Shown here piece by piece: positions 27,471-42,955 of a stretch of DNA of 64,000 nt; the first letter of the stretch is position 1, and each line of letters opens with the position of its first letter. This DNA comes from Octopus vulgaris (taxonomy: Eukaryota): NCBI GenBank assembly GCA_951406725.2, contig OX597826.1, forward strand, positions 27,094,001 to 27,158,000, in the 5' to 3' direction. Made by a program: the position numbers and the translations under genes. The notes under the pieces are model-generated. The model saw nothing but the letters and a program-made list of their open reading frames with translations. It did not search any database and was not told the DNA's origin.

Positions 27471-27929
27471 GTAATAATGATTTGTGTTTGCTTGCATTCT
27501 AGTTAAGTGCAGGCATGGCTGGAGTGATGAAGGAGGAGCAGGAAGAGCAAGAAAGAAGCATGTAGAGGGGGTGAAGCGGAAGTAAAAGTCTGTGTAGTTA
27601 TATCGTGGAGTAAACATTTTGCAGAGATGTTCTCGATGTTTCTATTTTGTTGATAAAATTTAGCAAAATTCTATCCATTGTAGATATTCAAATGAGAAAT
27701 ATTTTCGCTTCATTTCATTTTAAGATAATGATTTTTTTTTCGTATTTTTTCTTTTCTCATTTGAAAATTAATATAAATGTCATGTTTTTTTTATATAAGC
27801 ACCAGGAAAAATTATAAAAGTTAAAATTATAATTATTTTATGTATGTCAGCTTTATTGATATTACCTCTGGTGGCAAATGTGTACTACTACAGTTACCCG
27901 TCATATGACAGGTAATACTCTACCACTGG

Positions 27930-28240
27930 CCAAGCTGCAGCTGCCACCTTGAAGAATTTTAGTCAAATGTATCGACATGAGTATTTAGATATATCTGTTT
28001 AAACCTGGCCGTTATTCTATCATATTTTTCTTACCGAACCGCTAAGTTACTGGTATGTAAACACGCCAGTCCCAATTATCAAGCTTTGGTAGAGGACAAA
28101 CACACACATTGATATATTTACGCCGGGATTCTTTCAGTTTCCAGCTACCATATCCACTCGCAAGGCTGTAGTCGGTCGGAGCTATAACAGAAGACACTTG
28201 CCCAGGGTGCCGTGCAATAGGACTAAACCCAGAACCAGTA
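27930..28240 (-). mobile_element. SINE family A, diverged
   Basis: CCGAACCGCTAAGTTAC...TTCTTTCAGTTTCC...GAAGACACTTGCCCAGGGTGCC is the reverse complement of family A. Confidence 0.75.
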
Positions 28241-28610
28241 AGAAGAGAGAGAGACAGACAGACACAGAGAGAGAGACAGACACACAGAGTGAGAGAGAGA
28301 GAAAGAAAGAGAGAGAAAGAGAGAGAGAGAAAGAGGTAAAGAGAAAGAGAATAATAGAGCAATGTTACTAGATTAAGTGAAAAGAGAGACTGAGAGAGTG
28401 AGTGAGTGAGAGAGAAAGAGGGGAGGGGAAGATACAGAGAGAGAGAGGTGAGAGAAAAAGAGACAGAGATTGCTTACTACCATTGCTGTGTAATAAGTAA
28501 TCTCCTTACTACACAGTCACAGATGTATCACTTTTAATTAGGAATATAATGAAAATACTTAACGAAATTGATGAAGAACAACAAAAGTTCACTTGTATTA
28601 TATTGATATA

Positions 28611-28793
28611 CAGCAATCCCTCACCGCATCGCGGTTCCTCTATCGCGCACTCAGTACATCGCGGATTTTCAGGTTAATATATGTAAATTTATATCGTGGA
28701 CTCCTCAGTATATCCGTATTTATATTTTTAGATTCTAATTATTTCTGTGGGAGATTTTGGAACGTAACACCCAAGATAGTCGAGGGATTACTG
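28611..28793. mobile_element. pogo/Tigger-like MITE
   Basis: TIRs CAGCAATCCCTC / GAGGGATTACTG with TA target duplication on both sides. Confidence 0.75.
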
Positions 28794-30105
28794 TAATCGG
28801 AATAATTAAAGTGACATATATATTTGGTGAATCCTAGGTTGGGAATATGTGAATTTTAGCCTTGAATCACCGCGCTTTCCCAAATTCTCTTCACAAATAA
28901 TTCAGAGCCCTTAATGCTCAAAATCCTTTCAGGTGTTTATCCCTTTAGATAACCACAGAAACCCATACCCACAAGTCAATATTGACCAGTTACCGAACCC
29001 TGATCTAAATCCTTGACAAAAAATGCATTCAACCAGAAAATGAAGTGGTAGCTTATATGCTTCACTTACAGATGTCATAACTGTCTGTGTTCGTATCTTC
29101 CTCTGTATGAAGCAACTGAGAGGGATCGCCTTTAGTATTAGCTATTTATCTGGGTATTTACTTCGGTGTCAGAACGGTTCAACGGTTGTGTATCTTGTTG
29201 TATTTACCTGGATAATCCGTCAATATGAATGCATATCTAGATATTTGGGGTGTGATGTCGGGTGGTTATCTGTGGGAGTATCAATTAGTCGGAGTATTTC
29301 TTTAAGTGAATAGATGCGTGACTGGCAGAATAAATGAATGGATGACTGCATGAACGGGTATTTTTCTTTCTTTTTTTAAAGGATTTCTATCCGGGTAATT
29401 GCTTAGGTGAATAGATGCGTGACTGATGATTTGATTGTTTGTGAGGGAGAATGGACGGACGGACAGACGGACGAGTAGATTGCTGCTTGCTTAGGATGTT
29501 GTTGGCATGGGTAGCAAATTGAAGATAGGCGACGAGGGGCGGGGTGCTGTGTAATGTCTATAACTGTTTTTTCTGTCTAGATTGATGGATGGAAAGGAGT
29601 AAGGACAGATGGATATAAGGATGGACTGTATGGATGTTTGGATGGTAGGATAGATGATGAAAATGTTGGGATGTGAGGGAGGAGAAACAGAGATGCAGAG
29701 GGTGGGAAAGGAGAAGGAGAGTCAGGGGAGAAGGTGAGAGAGAAAGAGAGAGGAACAATTATAAATAGGCAAACAAGCTGGCGAAAGATGGATGTTTGGG
29801 TGGAGAAAGTGAACCGCTGATGGATTACGGAGAGTTAGGTGTGGGATGACAAAAATAGGAACAAAACAAAAACATCGTCCCGTAATGCGTTCAGAAAAAA
29901 AAGGAGATGGAAGTAAATAGGGGAAAAAAAGTGGTATGAGAAGGGATATAAAAATGCAAAAGCACGAAAATAATAATATTATCAGCAACAGAAGGGTAAA
30001 AAAATAAACGAAAAAATATGATTGAAATATATATTTGGGAGTAAGAAGAGAGAGAGAGAGAGAGAGAGAGAGAAGAAACAGAGTCAAACAGGCAGATTGA
30101 GAGAG

Positions 30106-30136
<31 letters not shown>

Positions 30137-30924
30137 GAGAGCGAGAGGGCGAAGTAAAGAGAGAGAGAATAATAAAGCAATGTTATTAGATTAAGTGAAA
30201 AGAGAGACTGAGAGAGTGAGAAAAGGGGGATGGGAAGATAGAGAGAGAGAGAGAGAGAGGTAAGAGAAAAAGAGACAGAGGTAGGGAGAAAATGAGAGAG
30301 AGCAAGTGTAAGAGCAAGAGACAGGGAGAAATGGGAGAGAAAAAGAGAGAAGAGAGAAAGTGAAGACAAGGAAGGAGACAAAGAGAGAAGAAAAAAGAAA
30401 GAAAGAAAGAAGGGAGGAATGGAGAAAAGAGATACAGGGTGGGAGGGCAAGACAGAGAAAAACTGAATGAAAGAGAGAAAAGCGAGAGAAGGAGCTAAAA
30501 AGAAAAAGACAGAGACAATAGCAAGAGAGACAGTGAGATAGAGAAGGGGAAGGATAAACAGAGAGAAAGATTGAAAAGAGAAAGATTAAGAGAAAGAGAG
30601 ATGGTAGAAGAATAACAGGGAAAGAGGTTTGAAGAATATTAAACTGATGAAAAAACAAACAGTAAGGAGCAATGCAAGGTAGTGAAAATAATAAAGAAAA
30701 AGATAACTAAAGCACAGAAAAGTAGGAAAAACAAATAAATTGATTGAGATAGGGGAAAAAAGGGGAAAAGAAAATGATGTCATGATGTCATGTGACCATT
30801 TACCAGTAAAGTATGTATTGCTTCACAATAGTCAAGGAGGTTTAGAGCAAAGCGGCTTTAAAATGTTTCTCTGTTCTTCCATCGATTCAACTGTTTCCAT
30901 AGTTCTACTCCATCTATTCTACAC

Positions 30925-31401
<477 letters not shown>

Positions 31402-31409
31402 AAATCCCG

Positions 31410-32069
31410 ACAGCTTTGATGGTTGAAGAGATATGATATGAGTGGTTATAATGGCTTTATAGCGGTTTTGACTGCTATTTCTAGGCATGTAAGGGTTTTT
31501 ACAACCATTTCCGTTATAATAGTGATTTATCACAATTATACACTCTTCTTTTATGAAAATAAATGCTTTCATTAATATATTCGTAAATAATTTTCAATTA
31601 TTTACGAATATATCCTTTGTAATATATTTTTGCATTCCTCTTTTATTATCTAACTTTTCTTCATATCCAGTTTTTCACCGTGGCTCGTTTTACTGGTCTT
31701 TCTCTTACAAACGCTGTGCATGAAGTTTAAATTCAGAATTTTAATTTGTAGAGGTTGACACATTATTCTTGCTGGTCGGGGCATATTATTAAACCCCAAG
31801 GTATGATTTAAAAAAAATTTTCAGTGTTAATTTGTATCTACAGGAATGTCTTCCTGACGGGAAGAGTGAAACCTTTTTTGGTTCCTAACTTCGAAATTGC
31901 AATAGGGGATTAACCTTTTATTTTTATTAAATTTTGAACTTTATGTCATGTCACCGGCAACAGCTTTTATTATTGAAGAGATATGAGTTGTTATAGTGGA
32001 TTTATCGCCGTTTTGAGTGCTATTTCTAGATATGTTTTTACAAACCTCTCCGTTATAATTGTGATTTAT
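31410..32069 (+). repeat. Partial tandem (550-bp period) element with internal hammerhead
   Basis: 31410-31530 is repeated (diverged) at 31960-32069, with an HHR motif between the copies. Confidence 0.75.
31850..31908 (+). ncRNA. Type I hammerhead motif, core CTGACGG (decayed)
   Basis: CTTC-CTGACGG-GAAG..AACCttttttGGTT..CTTC-GAAA-TTGCAA-TA-GGGG. Helix II and palindromic helix III intact, A9->G, wobble-rich helix I. Confidence 0.6.
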
Positions 32070-32576
32070 GCACACACACACGCACGCACACACACACACA
32101 CACAAATGTATATAAGTAACGTACTAAATAATGAAATCTGATGAGAAAAAAAGAAACCAGTTAGACAAAAATATTAGAAAATCACGCTAACACAAGTGAA
32201 AGCAGGTGTTTGAAAAATGTAGAAATATACAGCTAGAAATAAACAAAGAAGTCGTTAATGAAGCAAACGCACAAAAAAAAGTCAAAGTTAACAAACCTGA
32301 AGAGGAAAAAGCAAGAGAAGATAAAAAGGTACGATATCTAATTATATACCTCTTCGTAACGTTTAGTATCGTACAGGGAAAACTGGCTGTCTTATTTAAT
32401 CCAGCAAGTGGCTTATGTTTAGGTTACATTTCAGCCAACATTTTCACCGCAATCCACTCTGCATTATCTGAAGAATAGATTATAGTGCAATTATTAATTC
32501 TAATACCAGGGAAGGATAAGTGATCTATTGCTATAAATATTTCTCTACTGAAATTTTCTTTTCCCGCGATAATTAA

Positions 32577-32649
<73 letters not shown>

Positions 32650-32731
32650 CATACATACACATACATACATACATACATCAACCAATTTGTCAATCTATTA
32701 CCTTATGTATAATATATAATATATTTATAAC

Positions 32732-33130
32732 GCGGTGAGCTGGCAGAATCGTTACCTCGCCGGTCAGAATGCTTAGCGGTATTTCGGCTGCCGCTACGTT
32801 CTGAGTTCAAATTCCGCCGAGGTCGACTTTGCCTTTCATCCTTTCGGGGTGGATTAGATAAGTAGCAGTTACGCACTGGGCTCGATATAATCGACTTAAT
32901 CCCTCTGTCTATCCTTGTTTGTCCTCTCTGTGTTTAGCTTCTTGTGGGTAATAAAGAAATAGGTATTTCGTCTGCCGTTACGTTCTACAGTTCAAATTCC
33001 GCCGAGGTTGACTTTGCCTTTCATCCTTTCGGGGTCGATAAATTAAGTACCAGTTGCGTACTGGGCTCGATCTAATCGACTGGCCTCCACCCCCAAGAAA
33101 TTTCGGGCCTTGTGCGTAGAGTAGAAAAGA
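32732..33130 (+). mobile_element. SINE family B dimer
   Basis: Head plus two Nin-like modules separated by the TGTGTTTAGC..GTAATAAAGAAATA tail. Confidence 0.85.
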
Positions 33131-33138
33131 ATTTATAC

Positions 33139-33192
<54 letters not shown>

Positions 33193-33309
33193 TGTATGTA
33201 TGCGTGCGTGCGTGCATGCATGCATGCATGTATGTATGCATGCATGCATGCATGTTTGTATGCATTCATGCATGTATGTATGTATAGATAGATAGAAAGA
33301 GGTGGAGTA

Positions 33310-33652
33310 AAAGTGTTTGTGGCGGGGAAACAGAATCCATCAATGTCAATTTGTATGATGGGGGTGAATAGTGAATGGATAAATGTAGTGGCTGGTTGGC
33401 TGGTTAGATCGCCGGTTTAGTTTGCTGGTTAGCACTACTCTAACGCAATCGACACGCGCGGTGCTCACCTGACCATTACTGGAAGCTACCACTGAACCAA
33501 CCAACCAGTCAGCCAGCCAGCCAACCAGCAAACTAAACCGGCGATCTAGCCAGCCAACCAGCCACTACATTTATCCATTCACTATTCACCCCCATCCCCC
33601 GTCATACAAACTGTGACATTGATGGATTCTGTTTCCCCGCCACAAACACTTT
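33310..33652. repeat. Near-perfect local inverted duplication (~120-bp arms, 92-bp spacer)
   Basis: 33310-33430 is the reverse complement of 33523-33652 apart from two small indels and a few substitutions. Confidence 0.9.
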
Positions 33653-33811
33653 AACCCCTCCTCCCTCACCGTTTGTACTCGAACACTTTCGCTCTAATTT
33701 TCGTTATCTTATTGTAGTGTCTTCATTTTTCATATTATCAATGCTCTTCTTAGTGTTCTTGTTGTAGTTGCTGCTGTTGTTGTTGTTGTTGTTGTTCTTA
33801 TTCTTCTTTCT

Positions 33812-33856
<45 letters not shown>

Positions 33857-34137
33857 TTCTTTCCTCTACGTCTTCTTGCGATAATGATTATGATGATGAT
33901 GACGATGATGATAGTGATGGACACGGAGAAAGAGGGTAGGGAAGAGGATACGTCGGTAGCAAATAGAAAGAAAACTATGAAAACGGTGAAGAAGAACAAG
34001 AATAGCAACAACAGTAATAACAATAATAACAGTAGAAGAAGAAGAAGAAGAAGAAGAAGAAGAAGAAGAAGGAGGAGGAGGAGGAGGAGGAGGGGGAGGA
34101 GGAGGAGGAGAAGAAGAAGGAGGAGAAGAAGAAGAAG

Positions 34138-34168
<31 letters not shown>

Positions 34169-34716
34169 GAAAGAAAAAGAAGAAGTGAGAGAAAAAGAAG
34201 AAGACGACGACGACGACGACGACGAAGAAGAAGAAGAAGAAGAAGAAGAAGAAGAAGAAGAAGAAGAAGAAGAAGAAGAAGAAGAAGAAGAAGAAGAAGA
34301 AGGAAAAGAAGTGTGTAGTAAAATGAATGAATACGTCTTTTGGCGCTTCGTCCGTTCGTTTATTCGTTTTCTTTGTATTTCTATCTATTTTTGGTTTTAG
34401 TTTTGGACTAAAAAAACAAAAAAAAAAGCTGTCTTCTTTCATGATTACTCTCCGAAGATAAGCGGAAAAGCCCGGTCCTCTTTATCATCATCATCATCAT
34501 CAACATCACTCTCATCGTTGTTATTGTTGTTATCATCATCATCCTCTTCCTCACCGTCATCGTCATCAATATTATTATTGTTGTTATTTCTGTGCTTTTA
34601 ATTTTCTCTCCTTTTCATTGCAAACAAGAGACGTCCTCCACGAAAGCTACACCGCATCCTCCGCTCCGGTTGCAATCTAATTTCGTTATTGCAATACTAT
34701 CGTCTCGAAATAAGAC

Positions 34717-34788
<72 letters not shown>

Positions 34789-34798
34789 TACACACACG

Positions 34799-34867
<69 letters not shown>

Positions 34868-35460
34868 TTGAAAGAACGTTGGCTCAACCTCGCCTTGGCG
34901 TTTGCAAATAATTACAGGGAGCCGACGAACCAGCCAGCCAGACTGCTGGCCAGGAGGCCAACCTGCTTGCTGGGCGGGCAGCAAGCAGTCACAACTACGA
35001 CCAGTCTGACAAACAACTTTTTGGTGAGCCAGAGAGCCAGAGAGCCAGAGAACCGACGAAGCAAACATCGCGATATGCAGCAGATACATATTGCTGGAAA
35101 CGTTATGCTCCTGCTAGTAGCGACGAAACGGCTTAGGCAAATATAAGTGTTAACATTATTATTTTCATTCATGATACTGTTTGTTTAATGTACATCAAAT
35201 GGAGTGGGATGGCAATCACGGTTTCTTTGGAATTATACAGATTTACGTTTTCGAACACACACGTACGCTTCTTATTATTTAAATCCAGAATGAAACACAC
35301 GTTTTGTTCCTTACTCACACACACACACGCGCGCAAACATACCCCCCCACACACACACACAACGATCTTTCACGTACACTACAAACATACATACATATAT
35401 GTATATGAGTGTATGTATATACAGCTCTATAGAACTGTACATGCGTATGCATACAAGCAA

Positions 35461-35870
35461 GGCGGCGAGTTGGCAGAAACGTTAGCACGCCGGGTGAAAT
35501 GCTTAGCAGTATTTCGTCTGCCGTTACGTTCTGAGTTCAAATTCCGCCGAGGTCGACTTTGCTTTTCATCCTTTCGGGGTCGATTAAATAAGTAGAAGTT
35601 ACGCACTGGGGTCGATATAATCGACTTAATCCGTTTGTCTGTTCTTGTTTGTCCCTTCTGTGTTTAGCCCCTTGTGGGTAGTAGAGAAATAGGTATTTCG
35701 CCTGTCGCTACGTTCTGAGTTCGAATTCCGCGGAGGTCGACTTTACCTTTCATCCTTTCGGGGTCGATAAATTAAGTACCAGTTGCGCACTGGGGTCTAT
35801 GTAATCGACTCAATCTCTTTGTTTGTCCTTGTTTGTCTCCCCTGTGTTTAGCCCCCTTTGGGTAGTAAAC
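35461..35870 (+). mobile_element. SINE family B dimer
   Basis: GGCGGCGAGTTGGCAGAAACG head plus two modules. Confidence 0.85.
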
Positions 35871-36019
35871 ATATTAGTATATACACTTCTATTATTGTAT
35901 TTAATTGGTACCCAGTTAACAATGGTTAAAGAGCCGCAAATTCCGTGCATGGCATTTAACCAATCATTTCGAGGTTTACCAGAAAGTGAAACAAACACAC
36001 TGAAATAAAACAGAGTAAA

Positions 36020-37400
36020 AGAGGAATAGACTTCAAGTGAAGGGATGCACTATATTTACTGACTCTGAAAGAATGAGAACTGTTGTTGATTTTTGCAGGA
36101 TTTGAACTCAGATCGTAGAAGGGTGAAATGATTCACACAAAACAATATACCCGACGCTCTTACAATTCTACCAATTGCTCATCATACCTTAGGTTGGCAT
36201 ATATTAGTTTCAAATATTGCCACAAGGCCTGCAGTTTTGTGGGAGGTGTTACATCAATTATCTCGAGTCTAGTTCCTATTTTACGCAACTGGTACTTATT
36301 TAATCGACCCCGAAAGGATAAAAGTTAAAGTCGACCGCGGCGGAATTTGAACTCAGAATGTTAAGACAGACGAAATACCGCAAAGCGTTTTACCAGGTGA
36401 GCTAATGGTTCCGCTCACTCACCATCTTAAATGCAAACGTACATATTAAAAACATAGACCGGAAAGTTTGGAATATTTGTAATTCCAGATTATAAGTGAT
36501 TCATTTGCAGTGTAGGAAATACGTTGGTTTCAAATTCTACCAGCTTGCCACATTTGGGTTAGCATATATTGACTTCAAATGTTGGTAGAAGGTCAGCTCT
36601 TTCGGGGTAGCCGGTGAGTCGAATACATCGTGCTTAACTGGTACTTATTTTATCGACCACTAAACGATGAAATGCAAAGTCGACCGCAGCGAAATTTGAA
36701 CCGAGGATGTGGAGAAGGATGAAATACCGGAAAACATTTTTCTTGGTTACTAATGATACTACCAGTTAGGTTGGCATATACTGACATGAAATTTTGGCAC
36801 AAGGTTAGAATGTTCGGAGTTGGGGGTAAGCCGAATACTTCGACCCTAGTGCTTGAATGGTACTTATTTCATCGACCGCTAAAGGATGAAAGCGAAATTC
36901 GCCCTCAGCGGAATTTGAACTCTGAACAGACAGACGAAATACGGCAATGCGTTTTACCCGGTGAGCTAACGATTTTGCCAGCTCGTCGCTTTTGATGTTG
37001 GCATATATTCTTTTATACTCTAGGCACAAGGCCCGAAATTTTGGGGGAATGTGCCAGTCGATTAGATCGACACCAGTACGCAACTGGTACTTAATTTATC
37101 GATTCAGAAAGAATGAAAGGCAAAGTCGACCGCAGCGGAATTTGAACTCAGAACGTAACGGAAGAAGAAATACCTATTTCTTTACTACCCACAAGGGGCT
37201 AAACACAGAAGTGACAAACAAGGACAAACAGATGGATTAAGTCGATTATATCGACCCCAGTGCGTAACTGGTACTTATTTAATCTACCCCGAAAGGATGA
37301 AAGGCAAAGTCGACCTCGGTGGAATTTGAACTCAGAACGTAGCGGCAAACGAAACACCGCTAAGCATTTCGCCCGGCGTACTAACGGTTCTGCCAGCTCG
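36020..37400 (-). mobile_element. Cluster of about six family-B SINE units in minus orientation
   Basis: Repeated TGGTACTTATTT..ATCGACCC..AAGTCGAC..GGAATTTGAACTC motifs of differing divergence. Confidence 0.8.
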
Positions 37401-38109
37401 CTGCTTCTGAGGTTGGCATATATTAAGATTCCCCTAAACGAAAAACACACACATGAAGTTTCCAGTCGCGATACGAACTAAATGCACCGAAATCATGAAC
37501 TTCGAACGAGTCCCATTGTTTACAATGACATTTTCGACAACAACAGCAACAGCAATAACAATGACATTTATTAATGGCTACTCTGAAAGGATTTAGTAAC
37601 CAGTTTCACAAGCACTTGGTGTGATATTGTCCGTTTCCTTAATGTGGAATTGGTGATCAAGCGAGGGAATTTCGTACACTTTAAAGCTTTGTCTATAGAT
37701 ATTAATCCGCTCGCTTGACCGCAACACTGGACAATCACTCCAGCAACATCGTGGCTTTCTTTTGATCAGAAGGCCAAGACCACTACTAAATTGACCGCAA
37801 CCGTTACGGCTTCGACGTGCAAACGCACTGTGTAATATTTTTGGTGTTTACTATGCCAATAACCCGAACGCACAGCAGGTGCTGCGCCGCCACCACCACC
37901 ACCACCACCACAACCACCACTTCTGCCGCCGCCGCTGTCGTTGTTCACAACATATACTACTACTACTACTACAACTACTAGGGTGTTGTTTTGAATTTGA
38001 CCACCATATTCGAAGATATTAAGCCCTAACATTCACCACTACCAAAACCACGACGGCGGCGGCCACCACCACAACCACCACCACCACCACCACCAACACC
38101 ACCACCACC

Positions 38110-38145
<36 letters not shown>

Positions 38146-38714
38146 ATCAACATCAAGGCGACTACCGATAATAGAAATAGGCAATAACGACAACCACGAA
38201 AGAGCACGATGGGTTGGTAGAGGTGGTAACGAATTTAATCACCACCACCACCACCACCACCATCAGCACCACTCCACTGCGACCAATTCTCTACACCAGA
38301 GCACCATAAATATCATTGTAACAATAACGACTAACAATATCTATACAGTTTCCATAATGTCACCAACACGACCGCCATCACCATCGACAGCAAGACCACA
38401 GAACAAAAGCTACCAAGATAGACACCTACACTGCTAATTCTACTAACACAGCCACTACAACAACAACAACAAATAAAGAGCACTCAGAATGTGCAAACTT
38501 CCGCCAAGGCAACACCAACGTCCTCTCAACGATTAGACAGAGATGATATTTAAAATGAGAATATCTGAAATAAACTCGACTTCTCTCATAAACGAGAACA
38601 CTAAAAATGAATCCGAACGTTCTCAAAAATTATGTAAAAACAAAAAACAAGATACACTTCCAATCAGTTAAGATCAGAAGCCATGAGAGCCACTGCCTTG
38701 TACGGCACCAGGGC

Positions 38715-39469
<755 letters not shown>

Positions 39470-40559
39470 CATTATTCTGTTTGGTTAAATGTGATGTGAT
39501 GCGTATTTTTGCCATTGTTTACATTCATTAAGAAATCCAAGGTTTCACAGTGTGGTCATAAAATAACGAATAACAATAAGTACACTTGTCCTCAAACTAA
39601 GATCGGATAACCACGACACGAATGTCCTTGACAGTAGATCTGGTCATTCTGGTACGACTCGGAACTACAAGGTAACAACCCTAATCAGAATTTGCCATGA
39701 TCACCATTAGTATATTTAACGCCACCACCAACACTACCATCACCACCACCACCACCATCACCACCACCACTAACACCACCAACAGCAACACCACCACCAC
39801 CACCACCACCACCATCACCACCACCACCACCACCACCTCCACCACCTCCACCACCACCACCACCACCACCACCACCACCACTACCTCCACCACCACCACC
39901 ATTACCTCCACCCCACCATCACCACCACCACCACCGTCAACAAATGCGGCAGTAGAAAAAAATCAGCAGCAGTAGCAGCATCCGCGTTACCATCATCCGA
40001 TTATCTTCTTTGACCAATATCACAATAATCATAACACGCGCCACCGCCCCCGCCTCCGCCCCCGCTCTCCCCCTCACAGCAATTGTCATCAATGTCATCA
40101 ACACCAGCACCGCCATCATGATCGACAGCATCGCCCATCCGCCTTCCGAATTTACATCACAATCGCTGCCAACAATTCCGCTGCCATAAACACGCTGTTC
40201 CCGCCCCCGCTGCCATCACTTCTCACCACCACCACCAGCACCAGCACTACCACTACCACCGTCACCACCGCCGCCACCAGCACCAGCACCACCACAATTG
40301 CCTCTGACACAAGGACGACGACGTCTGCCACTAACGCCGCTTTCAACACCATCATCGCCATTTCCGTCACTACCGCTGTTGCCATGACGACAGCGACGGC
40401 GGACATCCACCAGTCGCCATCACTACCAAATCAACCGAAAACCGAAAGGCACTACCATCACCGTCGAAACCGTATTACTACCATCAGCATCACCACAACC
40501 GCCGCCATTATCTTCATCGCTGTCAGCGCCGTCCCCGCTGTGGAACTGAGGGCTTAATC

Positions 40560-41715
40560 AGGGGGAAGATATGCCGCTAAGCATTTTGCTCGGCATGATA
40601 ATGACTACCTCTCGTTAGCCCGTCCCTCTCGTTAGCATTATCAACAATAATGTTAATTAATACTGCAGCGGCGAGCTGGCAGAATGGTTAGCACCCCGGA
40701 TAAAATGATTAGCGGCCTTTCGTCTGTCTTCGCGTTCTGAGTTCAAATTCCGCCGAGGTTGACTTTGCTTTTCATCCTTTTCAGGATTGATAAAATAAGT
40801 ACCAGTTGACACTGGGAGCAATGAAACCCACTTGCCTCCTTCCCCGAAAATGCTGGCCTTGTACCAAACTTTGAAGACGGCAGAATCGGTAACACGCCGG
40901 ACATAAAGCTTGGCGGCATTTCTTCCAACTCATTAAGCTCTGAGTTCGGATCTTGCTGAGGTCGACATTGCCTTTCATCATTTGGGGATTGTTAAAATAA
41001 ACCCCAGTCACGCACTGGGTGCATGAAATCGACTGGACCCCTTCCCTCACCAAAAAATTTCAGGCTTGTGCTTATTGCAGAAAGGAATACTGGTCTCAAT
41101 TTTTGGCGCAAGGCCAACAATTTCGGTATAGGAGTTGAGTCGATTACATCGACCCCAAGTGTTCAACTGGATCTTAATTTATCGACCTCGAAATGATAAA
41201 AGGCAAATTCGACCGCGTTGGAATTTGAACTCAGAACGTAAACACGGACGAAACGCTGCTAACCATTTTAACTCGTTGTGCCAACGATTCTTTTCTATTC
41301 TAGGTACAAGATCCGAAATTTTGGGATAAGAGACCAGCCGATTAGATCGACCCCACTACGCAACAGGTACCTAATTTTCCAAACCCGAAAAGGTGAAAGG
41401 CAAAGTTGACCTCGGCAGGATTTAAGCATTTCGCCCGGCGTACTAACGTTTCTGCCAGCTCGCTTCTTCAGGAGAAAGGAATTTTTATTTCTTTATTGCC
41501 CACAGGAAGCTAAACATAGAGGGGACAAACAAGGACAGATAAAGGGATTAAGGCGATAACATCGACCCCAGTGCGTAACTGGTACTTATTTAATCGATCC
41601 AAAAAGGATGAAAGGCAAAGTCGACCTCGGCGGATTTGAACTCAGAACGTAAAGATAGACGAAATACCGCAAAGCATTTCGCCCGGCTTGCTGACGATTC
41701 TGCCAGCTCACCGCC
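40560..41715. mobile_element. Family-B SINE cluster, plus-strand units (to ~41090) then minus-strand units
   Basis: GGCGAGCTGGCAGAA.. at 40670 (+), CTGCCAGCTC at ~41455 and ~41705 (-), and Nin-like domains in both orientations. Confidence 0.8.
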
Positions 41716-41769
41716 TTACAATAGTATCAAACTTACCATCACAGCTTCGCACACAATCAACGGCGCTGG

Positions 41770-42215
41770 TTTCAGCATCGAGCTTACAATCGTGTTGTAA
41801 TGAGTTCGATTCCAGGACCAGGCTGTGTGTTGTGTTCTTGAGTATGACACTATATTTCACGTTGGTCCAGTTCACTCAGCTGTAGAAATGAGCTGCGACG
41901 TCACTGACACCAAGCTGTATCGGCCCCTTTGCTTTTCTCTGAGATAACATCAGTGGAGAGGAAAAGGGAGTCTTGTATGCATGGACGACTGCTGGTCTTC
42001 CATAAAACAGCCTTGCACGGACTTGCACAGCCTTGCACGGACTTGCACAGCCTTGCACGGACTTGCACAGCCTTGCACGGACTTGCACAGCCTTGCACGG
42101 ACTTTCACAGCCTTGCACGGACTTGCACAGCCTTGCACGGACTTGCTTCGAAGAGGAACTGTCTAGGTGCAATCCCATGGTCATTCATGACGAAAGTGGG
42201 TCTTTACTCTTTACA
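41770..42215 (+). mobile_element. SINE family C containing a 20-bp minisatellite
   Basis: B box GAGTTCGATTCC, homology to 4310-4570, and 7 copies of ACAGCCTTGCACGGACTTGC at 42007-42146. Confidence 0.85.
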
Positions 42216-42439
42216 GTTTTATGAACAATGCTACTTACACAACCGGAGGAGTACCAACGCCATCAATATTACTGCCTATATTATTAGCGCCACCTACATT
42301 ATCGTCAACTCCGCTAATTCTATCATTATCACCCATAAGAGTATGAACACTCTTCAGTGGCGATCTTATATCATAATCACAAACATCACTATCACACCTA
42401 ACAACATCGCCAGTGCCGGAGACAAGGGTAGAATTACAA

Positions 42440-42469
42440 CCACTGTCATCATCATCATCATCATCGTCG

Positions 42470-42506
<37 letters not shown>

Positions 42507-42529
42507 TATCATCGTAATCGTCGTCGTCG

Positions 42530-42570
<41 letters not shown>

Positions 42571-42610
42571 GTCATCATCATCATCATTATCATCGTAATC
42601 GTCGTCGTCG

Positions 42611-42644
<34 letters not shown>

Positions 42645-42955
42645 TGTCGTCGTTGTCATCATCATCATCGCCATCAACATAGCCATGCTCATGATCATGT
42701 TCATCAATATCATCATCATTGTCGTCGTCGTCGTCATCATCATCATGGCCATCATCATGGCCATGCTCATGATCATCAACATCGTCATCATCATCGTCGT
42801 CGTCGTCATCATCGTCATCGTCGTCGTCATCATCATCATCATCATTGTCGTCGTTGTCATCATCATCATCGCCATCATCATAGCCATGCTCATGATCATG
42901 TTCATCAACATCATCATCAACATCGTCGTCATCATCATCATCGTCGTCGTCGCCA
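42440..42955. repeat. Compound (ATC/GTC)n tract with higher-order ~200-bp duplication
   Basis: ATCATTGTCGTCGTTGTC..GCCATGCTCATGATCATGTTCATCAA recurs at ~42640 and ~42841. Confidence 0.8.

Noticed and set aside
42007-42146. Regular 20-bp repeats as a CRISPR array
   Set aside because: No unique spacers, and the context is a eukaryotic SINE.
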